Below are positions 25,174 through 36,625 of a stretch of DNA of 64,000 bases, piece after piece. Position 1 is the stretch's first letter; the number at the start of each line of letters is the position of its first letter. A program made the translations under genes and the position numbers. The notes below the pieces were generated by a model. That model made no database searches and was not told the DNA's origin. It saw only the letters and a list, made by a program, of their open reading frames with translations. Source of the stretch: Balamuthia mandrillaris (lineage: Eukaryota); the NCBI GenBank assembly GCA_031835245.2, contig JAVKOQ020000055.1, positions 124,001 through 188,000 of the forward strand. The letters run 5' to 3'.

Positions 25174-27960
25174 CCCATACCTTTATTCTTACAAGAAAAA
25201 AAAATCAGGTGTTCGAAAGGAAATATTCAAGTATCCTCTTCGAAGGTCATTCGATGCTGTGATGCTTGTTTGGACTACGTCGTAACTACTCCTGAAGAGG
25301 AGGCTTTGCCTTTCTTTGAAAAAAGACTGAAGGAAGAGGCACGCACTCCAAAAGTTCGTGGCATCAAAGCCACCCTCTCCAGCGACAGCGAAAGCGATGG
25401 GGACTCACACAATATGGAATCGGACAGCACCGCTAACAACTATTTGCTACCTGATGATAGGAGACCTCCTCGACGATTCAGTGCTAGTGAAGCCAGTAAG
25501 CTTTGTTTCTTTGTCTAGTCTTTAATGTTTGGTCCTGTGGGTTCTTTTATGTTTCTCTAGGAATGGACGTGACTAATATTAGTTTGGGAATACTAAGTGA
25601 TCGAGAGAAATTCTGTGGAAAACATGAACAAAGTAAATGCACAATTGTCTGTAACTATACGGGGTGCCAGCAATCTCAACTTATCTCAAGGTTTTTATCA
25701 ACTCATCTTTTTCCGTTATGAGTGAATGTTACAACATTTTTAATTCATTTTTTTAAACATCAACAGAGTGCAAAGGTGTATATTGTGTACTATCATTGGG
25801 GAAGCAGCAAACCAGGACTCTCCTCGCTCAGAGCAACACCATGGCGTGCAACGCTGAATGGAACGAAGAAATGTTCTTGTATGTTCTATCACATTCTCGA
25901 TATTTTCTGTCTTGTTATCGTTCTTCTGTTCTTGTCTTCTCTCCCTTTCTTCTCGTCTTTTTGTTTAACTCTCAATTTAACTTGTCAAAAAAAAAATAGT
26001 GACATAACGGACTTGCACACCATATTCAAGATCTCTGTTTGGGCGCAGTACTTCACTCAAGAAGTCTCCGGCTTCCTGGGTGAAGTGACCATCCCACTCA
26101 AGATCCTAGTCAAGCACGAACCTGGAGTAGACAGGGACTTGCAGCTCGCCACTCCACAACAAAGAGGATCATCAAAGGCCACTATTTGCATTCGTTCTAC
26201 CTACAAGGAATCCAAAGACAAAGTTACTCCAGAAGACTTTCAGTTGATGAAAGTGGTGGGACGAGGCAATTTTGGAAAAGTGTTGCAGGTGAGGAAGAAA
26301 GACTCCAACAACATTTATGCCATGAAAGTGCTGCGCAAAGACGCGGTGATTGAACATGACGCCGTTGAACATACCATCGCTGAAAGGTATTTGATTTCAT
26401 GTGTTGGTTTTATTTCTGTTCTTTAACTCTTCTCTGTCTCAAACAGAAATGTGTTGCGACGTATTCGGCATCCGTTTATTGTAGGTCTAAAATATTCGTT
26501 CCAAACGCACGACAAGCTCTATTTGGTGTTGGACTATTTATGCGGTGGAGAGCTCTTCACTCACCTCTCCAGCGTAGATTACTTTAGCGAGGAGAGGACG
26601 CGCTTCTATGCTGCGCAAATAATTCTCGCTTTGGGCCATCTCCATGAAATGGATATCATTTACCGGGACCTTAAGCCAGAGAATCTTATGCTTGACATGG
26701 ATGGTTAGTTTTCTTTCTTGCCGGTTCTTTAGTTCTTCTCCTTTTATTTGTCATTTCTTTCGTTTTCGTTATTCTCTTTGTTTTTTTTTTGTTTTTTCCG
26801 TTTTTTTCTTTTCTCATTCTGAGTTGCTAATATTTTAATTTCAAGGATTCTTGTGCTTAACGGACTTTGGTTTGTGCAAAGAGAATATTTCGCACAATGA
26901 AAAAACGAGGACATTCTGCGGCTCACCAGAGTATTTGGCCCCAGAAATCCTCAAAGGCAAGCCCTACGGCAAAGCTGTCGATTGGTGGGCGTTGGGTACT
27001 TTTATTTATGAAATGCTTTCAGGATGGGTAATTTATTTTATCCTCACTCCTCTCTCTCCCTTTATTCGTTAGACTAACGACTTAATAATTATTTTTGGAA
27101 AATAAAACTAGCCTCCATTCTTTGATGAAAATCCAAAGAGAATGAACCGAAGGATTCTCTTCGAGAAGCTCACCTTCGAACCTCCAGAGCTTTTCTCCAA
27201 AGATGCGCGATCTCTTCTTCGTGGGGTAAGTTATTTGTTTATTTGTTCGTTATTGCTTTCTTCTCTATTAACATTGCGTTCCTTGCCAAGTTGCTGGAGC
27301 GTGAACCAGAGAAACGGTTGGGAACGGGAGCGCATGGCACCGATGACATAATGAACCATCCGTTCTTCAAGAACGTTAACTGGGAGGATCTCTACAACCG
27401 TAGAGTGGAGCCTCCATTCAAGCCTCACCTCGTTTGTTTTCTTCTCTTCCCCCTTCTGTTTCTCTTTTTGTTTGTCTCTGTTCACTTCTCTGCTTCCTCG
27501 ATTCTCTCTTCCTCCTTCTCTTTTCTTGCGACCTACACTCATCATGTTTCCTCTGTTCAAAAAAAAAACATTACAGAAAAGTTTAACCGACACTAAGTTC
27601 TTCAGCGAGGAGTTCACCACAGAGGCCGTCAATTCCTACAAAGAAGGCGGCACCCAGATCAGCAAGACCTTCCAGGAGCAGTTCCGCGGGTTCTCCTGGC
27701 AGGCCCCCGCCGAGTTCCTCGACGAGGACCCCCAGCACCGCACCACCAGCAGCAACCGACGACGCACCAGGAAGTTTAGCCGCGAGCGGTCCCCCTCGGC
27801 GGAGAGCGCCATCGCCGCCGCCGCCATGATGAGCTGGGACCAGGGCGGAGCCGCCAGCGCCAGCGCCAGCGCCAGCGGAAGCCACGGCGAGATGGACATG
27901 GACGACATGGTGTTTGGATGGGACTCCCCTTCCTCTGGCGGTTCCACGGGAGGGAGATAG
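24503..27960 (+). CDS. AGC-family Ser/Thr kinase (Akt/SGK/Ypk-like) with N-terminal FYVE and C2 domains; the start may extend upstream (see findings)
   Basis: [28 protein letters not shown]2-like [30 protein letters not shown]; kinase [31 protein letters not shown]; hydrophobic motif FRGFSW. Confidence 0.93.
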
Positions 27961-28119
27961 GTCGGTTGTTGGCTTGGCTTGGCTTTGGGGGAGGGGTGTA
28001 CTTTTTTTTTTCTCGCTGAGTTGCTGCTTGCTTTGTGTTTCAGTTTCTCTGTTCTGTTCTGTGTTGTTTGCTTCCCACTTTTTTAAAAAAAACAACAAAA
28101 AAAAAACTTTCTTTCTTCC

Positions 28120-28375
28120 ACAAAAAGAAAAAGAGAAAAAAAGAAAAAAAGAAAAAAGAAAAAGAGAAAAAAAGAAAAAAGAAAAAGAGAAAAAAAGAAA
28201 AAAAGAAAAAAGAAAAAAAGAAAAAAAGAAAAAAAGAAAAAAGAAAAAAAGAAAATAGAAAATAGAAAAAGAAAAGAAAAAAGAAGAAAAAAGAAAAAAG
28301 AAAAAAGAGAAAAAGAAAAAGAATAGAAAAAAGTAAAAAGAAAATAGAAAAAAGTGAAAGTAAAATAAAAAAGAA
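28120..28375. repeat. A-rich (GAAAAAA[A])n low-complexity repeat between convergent genes
   Basis: Directly visible. Confidence 0.9.
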
Positions 28376-28429
28376 ACTATGAACAAATAACAAAAAAAAA
28401 CAAAATGGGTTGGGGTGGGGTTGGGTGTG

Positions 28430-28994
28430 TCACCGGTGGGACGCCCCTTTGCTCAGCACGCGAACGGTCTTCTTGTGGTGGTACCTCGCGGCGAGCTGCA
28501 TGGGGGTCATGCCGTTGTGGTTGCGGCGCTGCAGCACGCCGGCCGCGCCTTTGGCGGAGAGGAGGAGGGCGGCGCACTCGCTGTGCCCGTACTGGGCGGC
28601 TTCGTGGAGAGGGGTGTAGCCCAAGTCGTTGGCCATGCTTGCATCCGCGCCGAGCTTCAGCAATAGGCTCACTAGCAAAGAGGAGAGAAGAGGTGAGACA
28701 GAGAAGAGAAGGAAAAGGAGAAGGAGGAAGAAGCAAACCAACGGAAGGGTGGTCGTGAGTGACCGCTTTGTAGAGGGCCGTTTCTTGGATGGAGTCCGTG
28801 GTGTTGAGGAACCGAAGCAACTGCGGAGAGGCGGTGGTTGTCGTTGATAGTGTCTTTTTGAAAGAGCGGGATGGGTTTGTTGTTGTCGCCTCATGGTTTG
28901 GTTGTTGGAAGGACTGCACCAAACGGGTGATCTCTTGAACATCTCCCGCCACAGCTGCTGCCAAAAGAGGAGGCAGCTGTTCCGGTGGTTGCAT
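28430..28994 (-). CDS. Small ankyrin-repeat protein, 2 exons
   Basis: PPLLAAAVAGD, ETALYKAV, GYTPLHEAAQYGH and GMTPMQLAA. Confidence 0.88.
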
Positions 28995-29142
28995 CGTCCT
29001 TCTGGCGTTATTGTAACGTTTTTTTTTAACAAGGCCTTTCTTCTTTTTCTTTTCTAAGTTTCTTCTTAGAAACAAAAAAAACGATTCTTATTTCACTGTA
29101 TGCTGGTGGGTGGTACACGACGGGCTGGTCTTTCATTCTTCA

Positions 29143-30355
29143 TTATTTGCGGCTGCCTGTAAGGTCAGCGCCATCAAGGACGGCGGAGCGAAGGTTTACA
29201 CATTTCAAGTTGGAGCTGCAGAGCTTTGCGTCGCGGAGGTCAGCCCCTTGTACGCAGGCGCAAAAGAGATTTGCTTTGCTGAGGTTGGCCTCCTTGAGCT
29301 TGGCTCGAGAAAGGTTAGCGGATTGAAGGTTAGCGCCAGTGAGGTCTGCCCCATCAAGGACCGCTGAGCTGAGGTCCGCACTTTCCAGGTTGGCATTGCA
29401 GAGCTTTGCATTGCTGAGGTCAGCGCCGTGTAGCTTGGCACTCTTGAGATTTGCGTTGCTGAGGTTTGCTTCTTTGAGTTCAGTTTTTGTGAAGTTCGCA
29501 CCCTCGCAACTGGTTGCCTGCAAGTTCGCGTTTCGAAGAGCGGCAGCAATAAAAGTGGCGCCTTCTAGTATTGCTCCGGTGAGATTGGCACACGACAGCC
29601 TTGTACGGTCGAGGATGGCCTTTGCAAGGCAAGCATCCGAAAGATCAGCCCCCCTCAAGTCTGCTCCAGTTAGGTTCCACTCGCTAAAGTCCATCCCACT
29701 AAGGTCCATACCGCAAAGATGAATTCCACGAAGGCGTTTTGTGCTGTTGTGAGCGAGCAGCTTCAACAGCTCTCCACGGGTTAAATCAGGAATAGGAAGA
29801 GTTTCATTGCTTTGTGTTTTGGGGTCACGAACGAGGGACACAAGATGCTCCAACAGAAAGTATTCTGCTTCTTCCAAGAGCGTCTGTCGTCCCACCTTCG
29901 TGAAGGCTTCTCGTGAGACTTCGCCACTGCGAAGGTACTCCAAGATGACAGCAAATGCCTTTGGGTTCCTGTCGATGAAGTAAGCACCATCCTCTTTGTC
30001 CACCGTCCAGTCCATCTGCCATTTCCAAAACACGCCAAAAAGGAACACGGTTCTCTTTTGAGCCAGGAAGCAGAGGTCACAAAATACTTCCCACCCACGT
30101 TGAGCTTGACCTTGTCGCTCTTCCGTTCCACCACTTGAAAGAGCTGCTCCTCCAGTAAAGTCTGTCTTTGCTCCCTCTCTTCCAGGTCCTTCTCTCGCTT
30201 GGCAAGTCGGGAATCAGCTTCCTCTCGGATGCGTTCAGCCTCAGCTTTGGCGCTTTGCAGCTCCGTCTTGATCTCTTTTTCGAGCTGCTGCTTCCGCTCT
30301 TCCAGCTGTTTGATTCCCCTTCCAGCTGGGTAAAAAGGTCCCTCATGACATTCAT
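29143..30355 (-). pseudogene. Frameshifted copy of a coiled-coil + BTB/POZ + pentapeptide-repeat gene (KCTD9-like)
   Basis: Homologous to 32346-33518 but split over three ORFs by a 1-nt deletion near 30315 and a 5-nt TGGAC duplication at 30005-30014. Confidence 0.85.
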
Positions 30356-30658
30356 TTCCCTGCAGCTTATATTGGTACGTGAGCTCTCCCCAAAACTTTG
30401 GCTTGGGGGCGGTGTTGGCGCCCGGTGTTGCTTGGATGCACTAACCAAGCAACACCGCACTAACCAAGCCTGACAGCACCCGTTCGTACTTGTATCTCGC
30501 CCATTGGTCCGATTTGGCACAGATCGGTTTTGATTGAATCGGCGGGTTTTCAAACAACAAAAAAAACTTACCCATCAGCATCTCCAACTAAATGGGAAAG
30601 GTTTTAAATAACCCCAAAAACAATAACAAAACAAGAAGAAAAGGAGGAAACTACTGAC

Positions 30659-31784
30659 CCTCTTTTCGCTGGTCGCAAGACGCTGAGTAAGCTGGTTGAT
30701 CTCGTTCTGCAACGCCTGATTGCTATGCTGGTAGTTTAATACTTTCTCCCTCAACTCGTGAACTTCCTTCTCCTTGTTCGCCAAGTTCAAGACTGCATCA
30801 TTCGCTTTGAGCTCTGCCTCTCTTATGGCTGCTCGATGCTCTTCCTTCTCTCTCTCCAACCTCTCTCGCAACGCCGTGCACTCATCCTTCAAGCTCCTGA
30901 GCTCCATGGAATGGTTCTGTCTCAACGTGCTCTCCGTCACATCTCTCGAGCTCAGCAAATGCTGCAAGTTCTCCACCAAGAGCTCTGACTGGCGCTTCTC
31001 CCTTCTTAGGGAGCTCATCTCCTCCGTGTTACGAGCATCCGCTTTGGCCAAAGCCTCCTTCTCTGCTCGCAACCGAATGACTTGATTCTCTTGTTGTCTT
31101 GCTTCATGTCTTGCAGTGGCCAGCTCCTGACGTAGCTGCTCCATTTGCTCTTGATGACGGCTGAGAGAGGCCATGAGTTCGGCGTTGCGCGCGCGATAGC
31201 CCTCGTACTCTTTGGAGTGGGCGGTCACGTTCTTTTGGAGGAGGTCGAGGCGTTCTTGCAGGGACTCGCTGCGGCTCTCCGCTTCGGCGAGCTGTATGCG
31301 AAGGGAGGAGCTTTCCTCACGCAGTTTGTCGATCGTTTGTTGACTCATTTCCTCGTCCTTTTGTTTCTCCTTTCTGTACTCATCAAACTCTCGTTGCAGC
31401 TCCTTTAAGAGTAGCGACGGTTGTTGCGGTTGTGGTTGGTCGCTGCTGCTATTGCTACCGTTTGTTGCTTTCCTTCCCGCAAGTTCTGTCAGTGCCGTTT
31501 GTTCACTGATGATGCCATCGCTGCCGATATGCTGCGCCAAGAGGGCTTTGTACATGTCTCTCTGTCGAATGAGTTGTTGAACTTTCTCGGTAGTGCGAGA
31601 GCGCGCCAAACGAAGGCTCTCTAGCTCGCGAAGGGCTTCCTGTAACTTTGCGTCCGCCATGGCTTTGGCCTGCGTTTCTTGTTCGGAGCTCAACCGACGA
31701 ACCACACGGAGCAGCTTTTGGTTCTTAATTTGAAGTTCTTGAATGTCTTTGAAAGTTAAAAGATTCTCTGTGATTACTGCAGCA
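30659..31784 (-). pseudogene. TPR: Isolated internal fragment (~375 codons) of nuclear basket nucleoporin Tpr/Mlp1
   Basis: ITENLLTFKDIQELQIKNQKLLRVVRRL and LIRQRDMYKALL match conserved Tpr/Mlp1 motifs; long coiled coil; ends at donor GTCAGT (30658) with no room for the rest of the gene on either side. Confidence 0.75.
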
Positions 31785-32167
31785 CTGACCACCACCAGTA
31801 TTGAAGGGTTTGGTTGCGATAGGGAGAAAACTTTTGGAAGCTTGAGTTGTGACTTGGTCAAACCTATCTCGCCACTCTCGAGGAGAGTTGCGATGGATCA
31901 AAATCCTTTCGGACAACCTCAGCCTTTCTTCCAGACCACCATGTCTTTGTTTGGATCTCTCTCAAATCCTTTGCACATGATTTCAACGAAATGTGACCAC
32001 CCAACAAACCAACAGAGGGGTTACATTGCTTGACAGGAACGAAATGAACAGGCAGAACTATTGGTTTGTCGTCTTCTTTGATCCTTATCTATTTCTAACA
32101 TAAATGTCTATCTCTCAACAACAACTCTCGTTTACTAGCACTGTCACCATTACCAACGCTAACGCCA

Positions 32168-32275
32168 ACGGAGAGGTGGTGGTCGTTGTCGTTGACCGTG
32201 TCTTTGTGGAAGATCTGTAGGGGTTTGTGTTCGCCTCATCATTTGGTTGTTGGAAGGACTGCACCAAATGGGTGA
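32168..32275 (-). pseudogene. Degenerate fragment of ankyrin gene exon 1
   Basis: Aligns with 28823-28930, including the shared TTTGGTTGTTGGAAGGACTGCACCAAA. Confidence 0.75.
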
Positions 32276-32345
32276 GGAACCTTGCTTGTTACTAAGTTTT
32301 TGTAAAAAAATAGTTGCTTTTACATTCCTGTTTATCTTTCTCTCT

Positions 32346-33518
32346 TCAGTTGAGGCTGTTGCCATAATTATCGCACAGAGCAGCTCCGGTGAGATCCGCC
32401 CCATCAAGGACCGCAGAGCTGAGGTGCGCACTTTTCACGTCGCACAGCTTCGCGTTGCTCAGGTCCGCACCTTCTAGCCTGGCCCATCTGAGGTTCGCGT
32501 TGCTGAGGTCGGCGCCAACAAGGACCGCTGAGCGAAGGTCCGCACTTTCCAGGTTGGAGCTGCAGAGCTTTGCATCGCGGAGGTCAGCGCCTTGTAGGCT
32601 GGCACTCTTGAGAGTTGCGTTGCTGAGGTCGGCCTCTTTGAGATCGGCCTTTGCAAAGGTCACACTCTCGCAGTTGGCTGCCTTCATGTTTGCATTTCGA
32701 AGATCGGCAGCAATAAAACGGGCACCTGCTAGCATTGCTCCAGTGAGATCGGCAGAAGATAGCCTGGCTCGTTCGAGGTTGGCCTTTGACAGGTGAGCAT
32801 CCGAAAGATCGGCCCCCCTCAAGTCTGCTCCGGCAAGGTCCCACTCGCTGAAGTCCATCCGACTAAGGTCCATGCCGCAAAGATGAACACCGCGAAGGTG
32901 TTTTGAGCTGTTGTGAGCGAGCAGCTTCAACAGCTCTCCACGAGTCAAATCAGGGGTAGGAAGAGATTCGTTGCTTCGGGTTTTGGGGTCACGAACGAGG
33001 AGGGACACAAGATGCTCCAAAAGAAAGTATTCTGCTTCTTCCACGAGCGTCTGTCGTCCCACCTTCGCGATGACTTCTCGTGAGACTTTGCCACTGCGAA
33101 GGTAGTCCAAGATGACAGCAAACACCTTTGGGTTCCTGTCGATGAAGTAAGCACCATCCTCTTTGTCCACTGCCCAACTTCCATTGCCAAAACAGGCCAA
33201 CAGGGAACATGGTTCTCTTTTGAGCGAAGAAGCCGAGGTCACAAAGTACTTCCCACCCACGTTGAGCTTGATCTTGTCGCTCTTCCGTTCCACCACTTGC
33301 AAGAGCTGCTCCTCCAGCAAAGTCTGTCTTTGTTCCCTCTCTTCCAGGTCCTTCTCTCGCTTGGCAAGTCGGGAATCAGCTTCCTCTCGGATGCGTTCAG
33401 CCTCAGCTTTGGCGCTTTGCAGCTCCGTCTTGATCTCCTTCTCTAGTTGCTGCTTCCGCTCTTCCAGCTGCTTGATCTCTCCTTCCAGCTTGGCAAAAAG
33501 GTCTTGCATGATATTCAT
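32346..33518 (-). CDS. Coiled-coil + BTB/POZ (T1-type) + pentapeptide-repeat protein (KCTD9-like), intronless
   Basis: IKLNVGGKYFVTS, YFIDRNPKVFAVILDYLRSG and EEAEYF, then A(D/N)LXX repeats. ATG at 33518; the ORF-track start at 33542 is GTG. Confidence 0.92.
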   Translation of the reverse strand: MNIMQDLFAKLEGEIKQLEERKQQLEKEIKTELQSAKAEAERIREEADSRLAKREKDLEEREQRQTLLEEQLLQVVERKSDKIKLNVGGKYFVTSASSLKREPCSLLACFGNGSWAVDKEDGAYFIDRNPKVFAVILDYLRSGKVSREVIAKVGRQTLVEEAEYFLLEHLVSLLVRDPKTRSNESLPTPDLTRGELLKLLAHNSSKHLRGVHLCGMDLSRMDFSEWDLAGADLRGADLSDAHLSKANLERARLSSADLTGAMLAGARFIAADLRNANMKAANCESVTFAKADLKEADLSNATLKSASLQGADLRDAKLCSSNLESADLRSAVLVGADLSNANLRWARLEGADLSNAKLCDVKSAHLSSAVLDGADLTGAALCDNYGNSLN

Positions 33519-34154
33519 TCTCTCCGCTGCTCTTGGTTCCACGGCGGTCGCCGTTACTGTGTAAGACTAATGTTAAAGTTCCCAAGACGGCAAGTTTCAT
33601 TTATTGGCAACGTGGCATCCAATGGGTGATTTTTTGTAGACACTAATTTATCCTTCCTATATCTTTGATGATTTTGATTGGTACTTTGAAAAAACTCCTG
33701 ATGATCTAAGATCTACATGAGGAGCTCCCACAGAGGTGAAATTTGGGGGAAAGTTAACGGCCAAACCACAAAAACGGAGTAGCGCGGGCAAGGAGCAGCA
33801 GAGGGAGAAACTTGGCGGAGAGAAACGCCCAGTCTGCTACTCGAAAAAAAAAGAACAAAAAAAGAGCTTCCCCTCCCTCCCTCCCTCCTTGCTGCACCAC
33901 AGGCACACCATAATAAGCTAGCTTCTGGTTCAAGAACCAAACGACCTTGAGGGGAGGGCTCTGCTATACCAACTCTTTTTGCAAAAGGTAACAAAAGGTT
34001 TTGTTTTTTTTTTTACTTTCATTTCTTTTCCTCTCTTCTCTCTCTCTCTCTGCTCCCTCAAACCATTCTCTCTCTTTCTTCTCTTCTCTTCTTTAGTTTG
34101 TTTGTTAACTGGATGAAAAACAGATTTTAAAAAAACTCCGTTTAACCTCTTGGA

Positions 34155-36500
34155 ATGTTTGGCGCTTTATTTTTTGGAGCAACGGGAAAGAAGTCCTCCG
34201 TTGCCGCTCCTCCTTCTCCTCCATCTCCATCTCCTGCTTCCACAAAAAGCCACTTGCTTCCGCTTCGTAACAACAACAAGGCCTCCTCCACTTCTTCTTT
34301 GTTGTCTCTGAAAAGACAAATTTTATTAGGAGGTATTCAACCTACTACTACTTCTGCTTCTTTGTCAGAGGGAGTGGAGAGAGTAAAAGAGAAGGAGGAG
34401 AGGAACATGCCTTTGTCGTCGTCTTCTTCTTCTTTTGCTTCTCCTTCTTCTGCTTCGTCAACGTTGCAACAACCAATCCCACGACCGGAAAGCAAAGGAA
34501 TGATGATGACGATGGAGCAGTCGTACGACACTGACGAGCCAGACCATGAAGGCGACTACTATGCCACGTATGGTTCTGCTTCCCCTTCTTCATTAACGGA
34601 TCAACAAAAACGAACCACAGCCACCCCCATTGTAACAACGACAACGACTATAACCATGACCAGAAGACAAGAAAAGCAGAAAAACAAGAATAAGAAACAA
34701 AAACAACAACTACCACAAGAAAGCAAGAACAAGAAGGAGAAAAAGTGGGGAGAAGATGTGGGGTTGGAAGGAGGAGGAAAAGAAAGCAGAGAAGACGGCG
34801 AAGAAAACGAGGAGGAGTTGGGACCGACGTTGCCGTCAGAGTTGTGGAATCATGTCATATCCTTCTTGGAGAGAGAAGACCGATTTGTTATCGTTGGCAG
34901 GGTTTGCAAAGTGTGGCGCCTCTTTGCTCTAGAACAAAGTATGTGCTTCTCCTTATGTTTTTTTTTCTCCAACAATACTAAACTCAAACAAACGATAAAA
35001 TTCACACAACTAGATCAAAGATGCTGTCGGCCAAACGCCGAAGAGAAAGCAGTCTTTAGAGCATTACCACCGGAGCAACAGCTTCAGCGACTGACTCGCA
35101 CCTTCCACAATCATCACTCTGACGCTTATCTCTCCTGCCTCTCGCTCTTCTGCCAGACTTATCCCAATCAACGAGACTTTGCTCCGTTTAGTCCTGTCTT
35201 TAGTGGAGAGGAGCTCATAAAGACGGTGATAGAGTTGGCTCGTCGCAACAAGGACGCCCAAGCACTTTCCGTGTTTATCACTTGTCTTATGATACTTGCT
35301 CTTGATTGTACGTCTCGTTTGTTGCATTCTGTGCTTCCTCTTCTTAACTTTTGTTCTTTGCAATGTTATGAAATGAACAGCAAACAACGAATTGTGCATT
35401 GCTAAAAACGGAGGAATTCAGTTTGTGCTTACTGCAATGAAAGCTCATCCCCACGTTGCTCTTGTGCAAGGAAGAGCTTGTCGTGCTCTTTGTAATCTTT
35501 CTTTCGACGGTACGTTCCTTTCTTCTCCGTCTTTTATTATTCTGCATATTTAACAACAAACAACAAAAATAACAGATGGAGGAGAGATGCTGATAGCTCA
35601 AGAGGGTGGAATAGCTATCATATTAGATGCTATGAGAAATCACAGTGCTGTCCCCAGCGTTCAGCATAATGCTTGTGCGGCCCTCAGCAATCTTGCCATG
35701 AATTGTTCGTTTTTCTCTTGTTCTTCTTTCCTCTTCTTCTTTCTCACATTGGTAAAAAAAAAAATCAGATAAAGAAGAAATAGTGGAACAAGATGGAATA
35801 GTGCTGATTTTATCGGCAATGCGGAGACACGCCAGAACTTTAGGCGTTCAATATCGTGGTTGTGCTGCCTTGTGGAATCTTTCACAAACAGGTCAGATAA
35901 CATTCTCCTTATTTTTTAAAATCTTTCTGCTTTCGCTTTGCTTTCGCTTCCTCGCTTCGTTGGTACTAACGTAACGACAATGCAGCAAAGAACAAGCGGA
36001 TTATAACAGAGAACGGAGGTATTGATCTCATTTTGAACGCGATGCGATTGCACGCTACTAGCGTGGCCCTGCAAAGAGATGCTTGCGCTACTCTCAAGAA
36101 TCTTGGTCACTATGGTTGGTTCTTCACCTTCTCGCTTTCTCTTTCTTTCTCTCTAATTTAAAACAAAAATAGCAAAAAATCAGAAGATAATAGCAGAGAA
36201 AGGAGGTATAGACCTCATTTTAATTGCGATGAAGCGGCACCTAAACCATTGCATCCTGCAAGAAAAGGCTTGCGGTGCTCTCTGGAATATCGCATACAAG
36301 AATGGTACTTTCTTTCTCACTTTATTTTCCTTCTATTCTCTCTTTCTAAGACACCAACAATTTGAAACACAACAGAAGAAACAAAGAAGATGATAAAAGA
36401 GAAAGGAGGAAAGGAAGTCATTCAAGAAGCGATGAACAATCATCGCTACTCTGCTGAACTTCGCAAATTGGGAAGTGGCGCGTTACATCATCTTCGCTAA
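34155..36500 (+). CDS. F-box + armadillo-repeat protein (aardvark-like architecture), multi-exon
   Basis: F-box LPSELWNHVISFL..VCKVWR; repeats of GGI..IL.AM..H....VQ..AC.AL.NL, roughly one per exon. Confidence 0.88.
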
Positions 36501-36543
<43 letters not shown>

Positions 36544-36625
36544 AAATACTTTGTTCATTTTGTTTATGTAGATAGCAAGGTTTGTTTGTGTTTTCTTGTA
36601 CAAATGCGAAAGGAAAGATGTACGT

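Noticed and set aside
31893..32033. Short + strand ORF with NPFG/SLFG, like an FG nucleoporin, next to the Tpr fragment
   Set aside because: Only two FG motifs in 46 aa; could arise by chance and has no further support.
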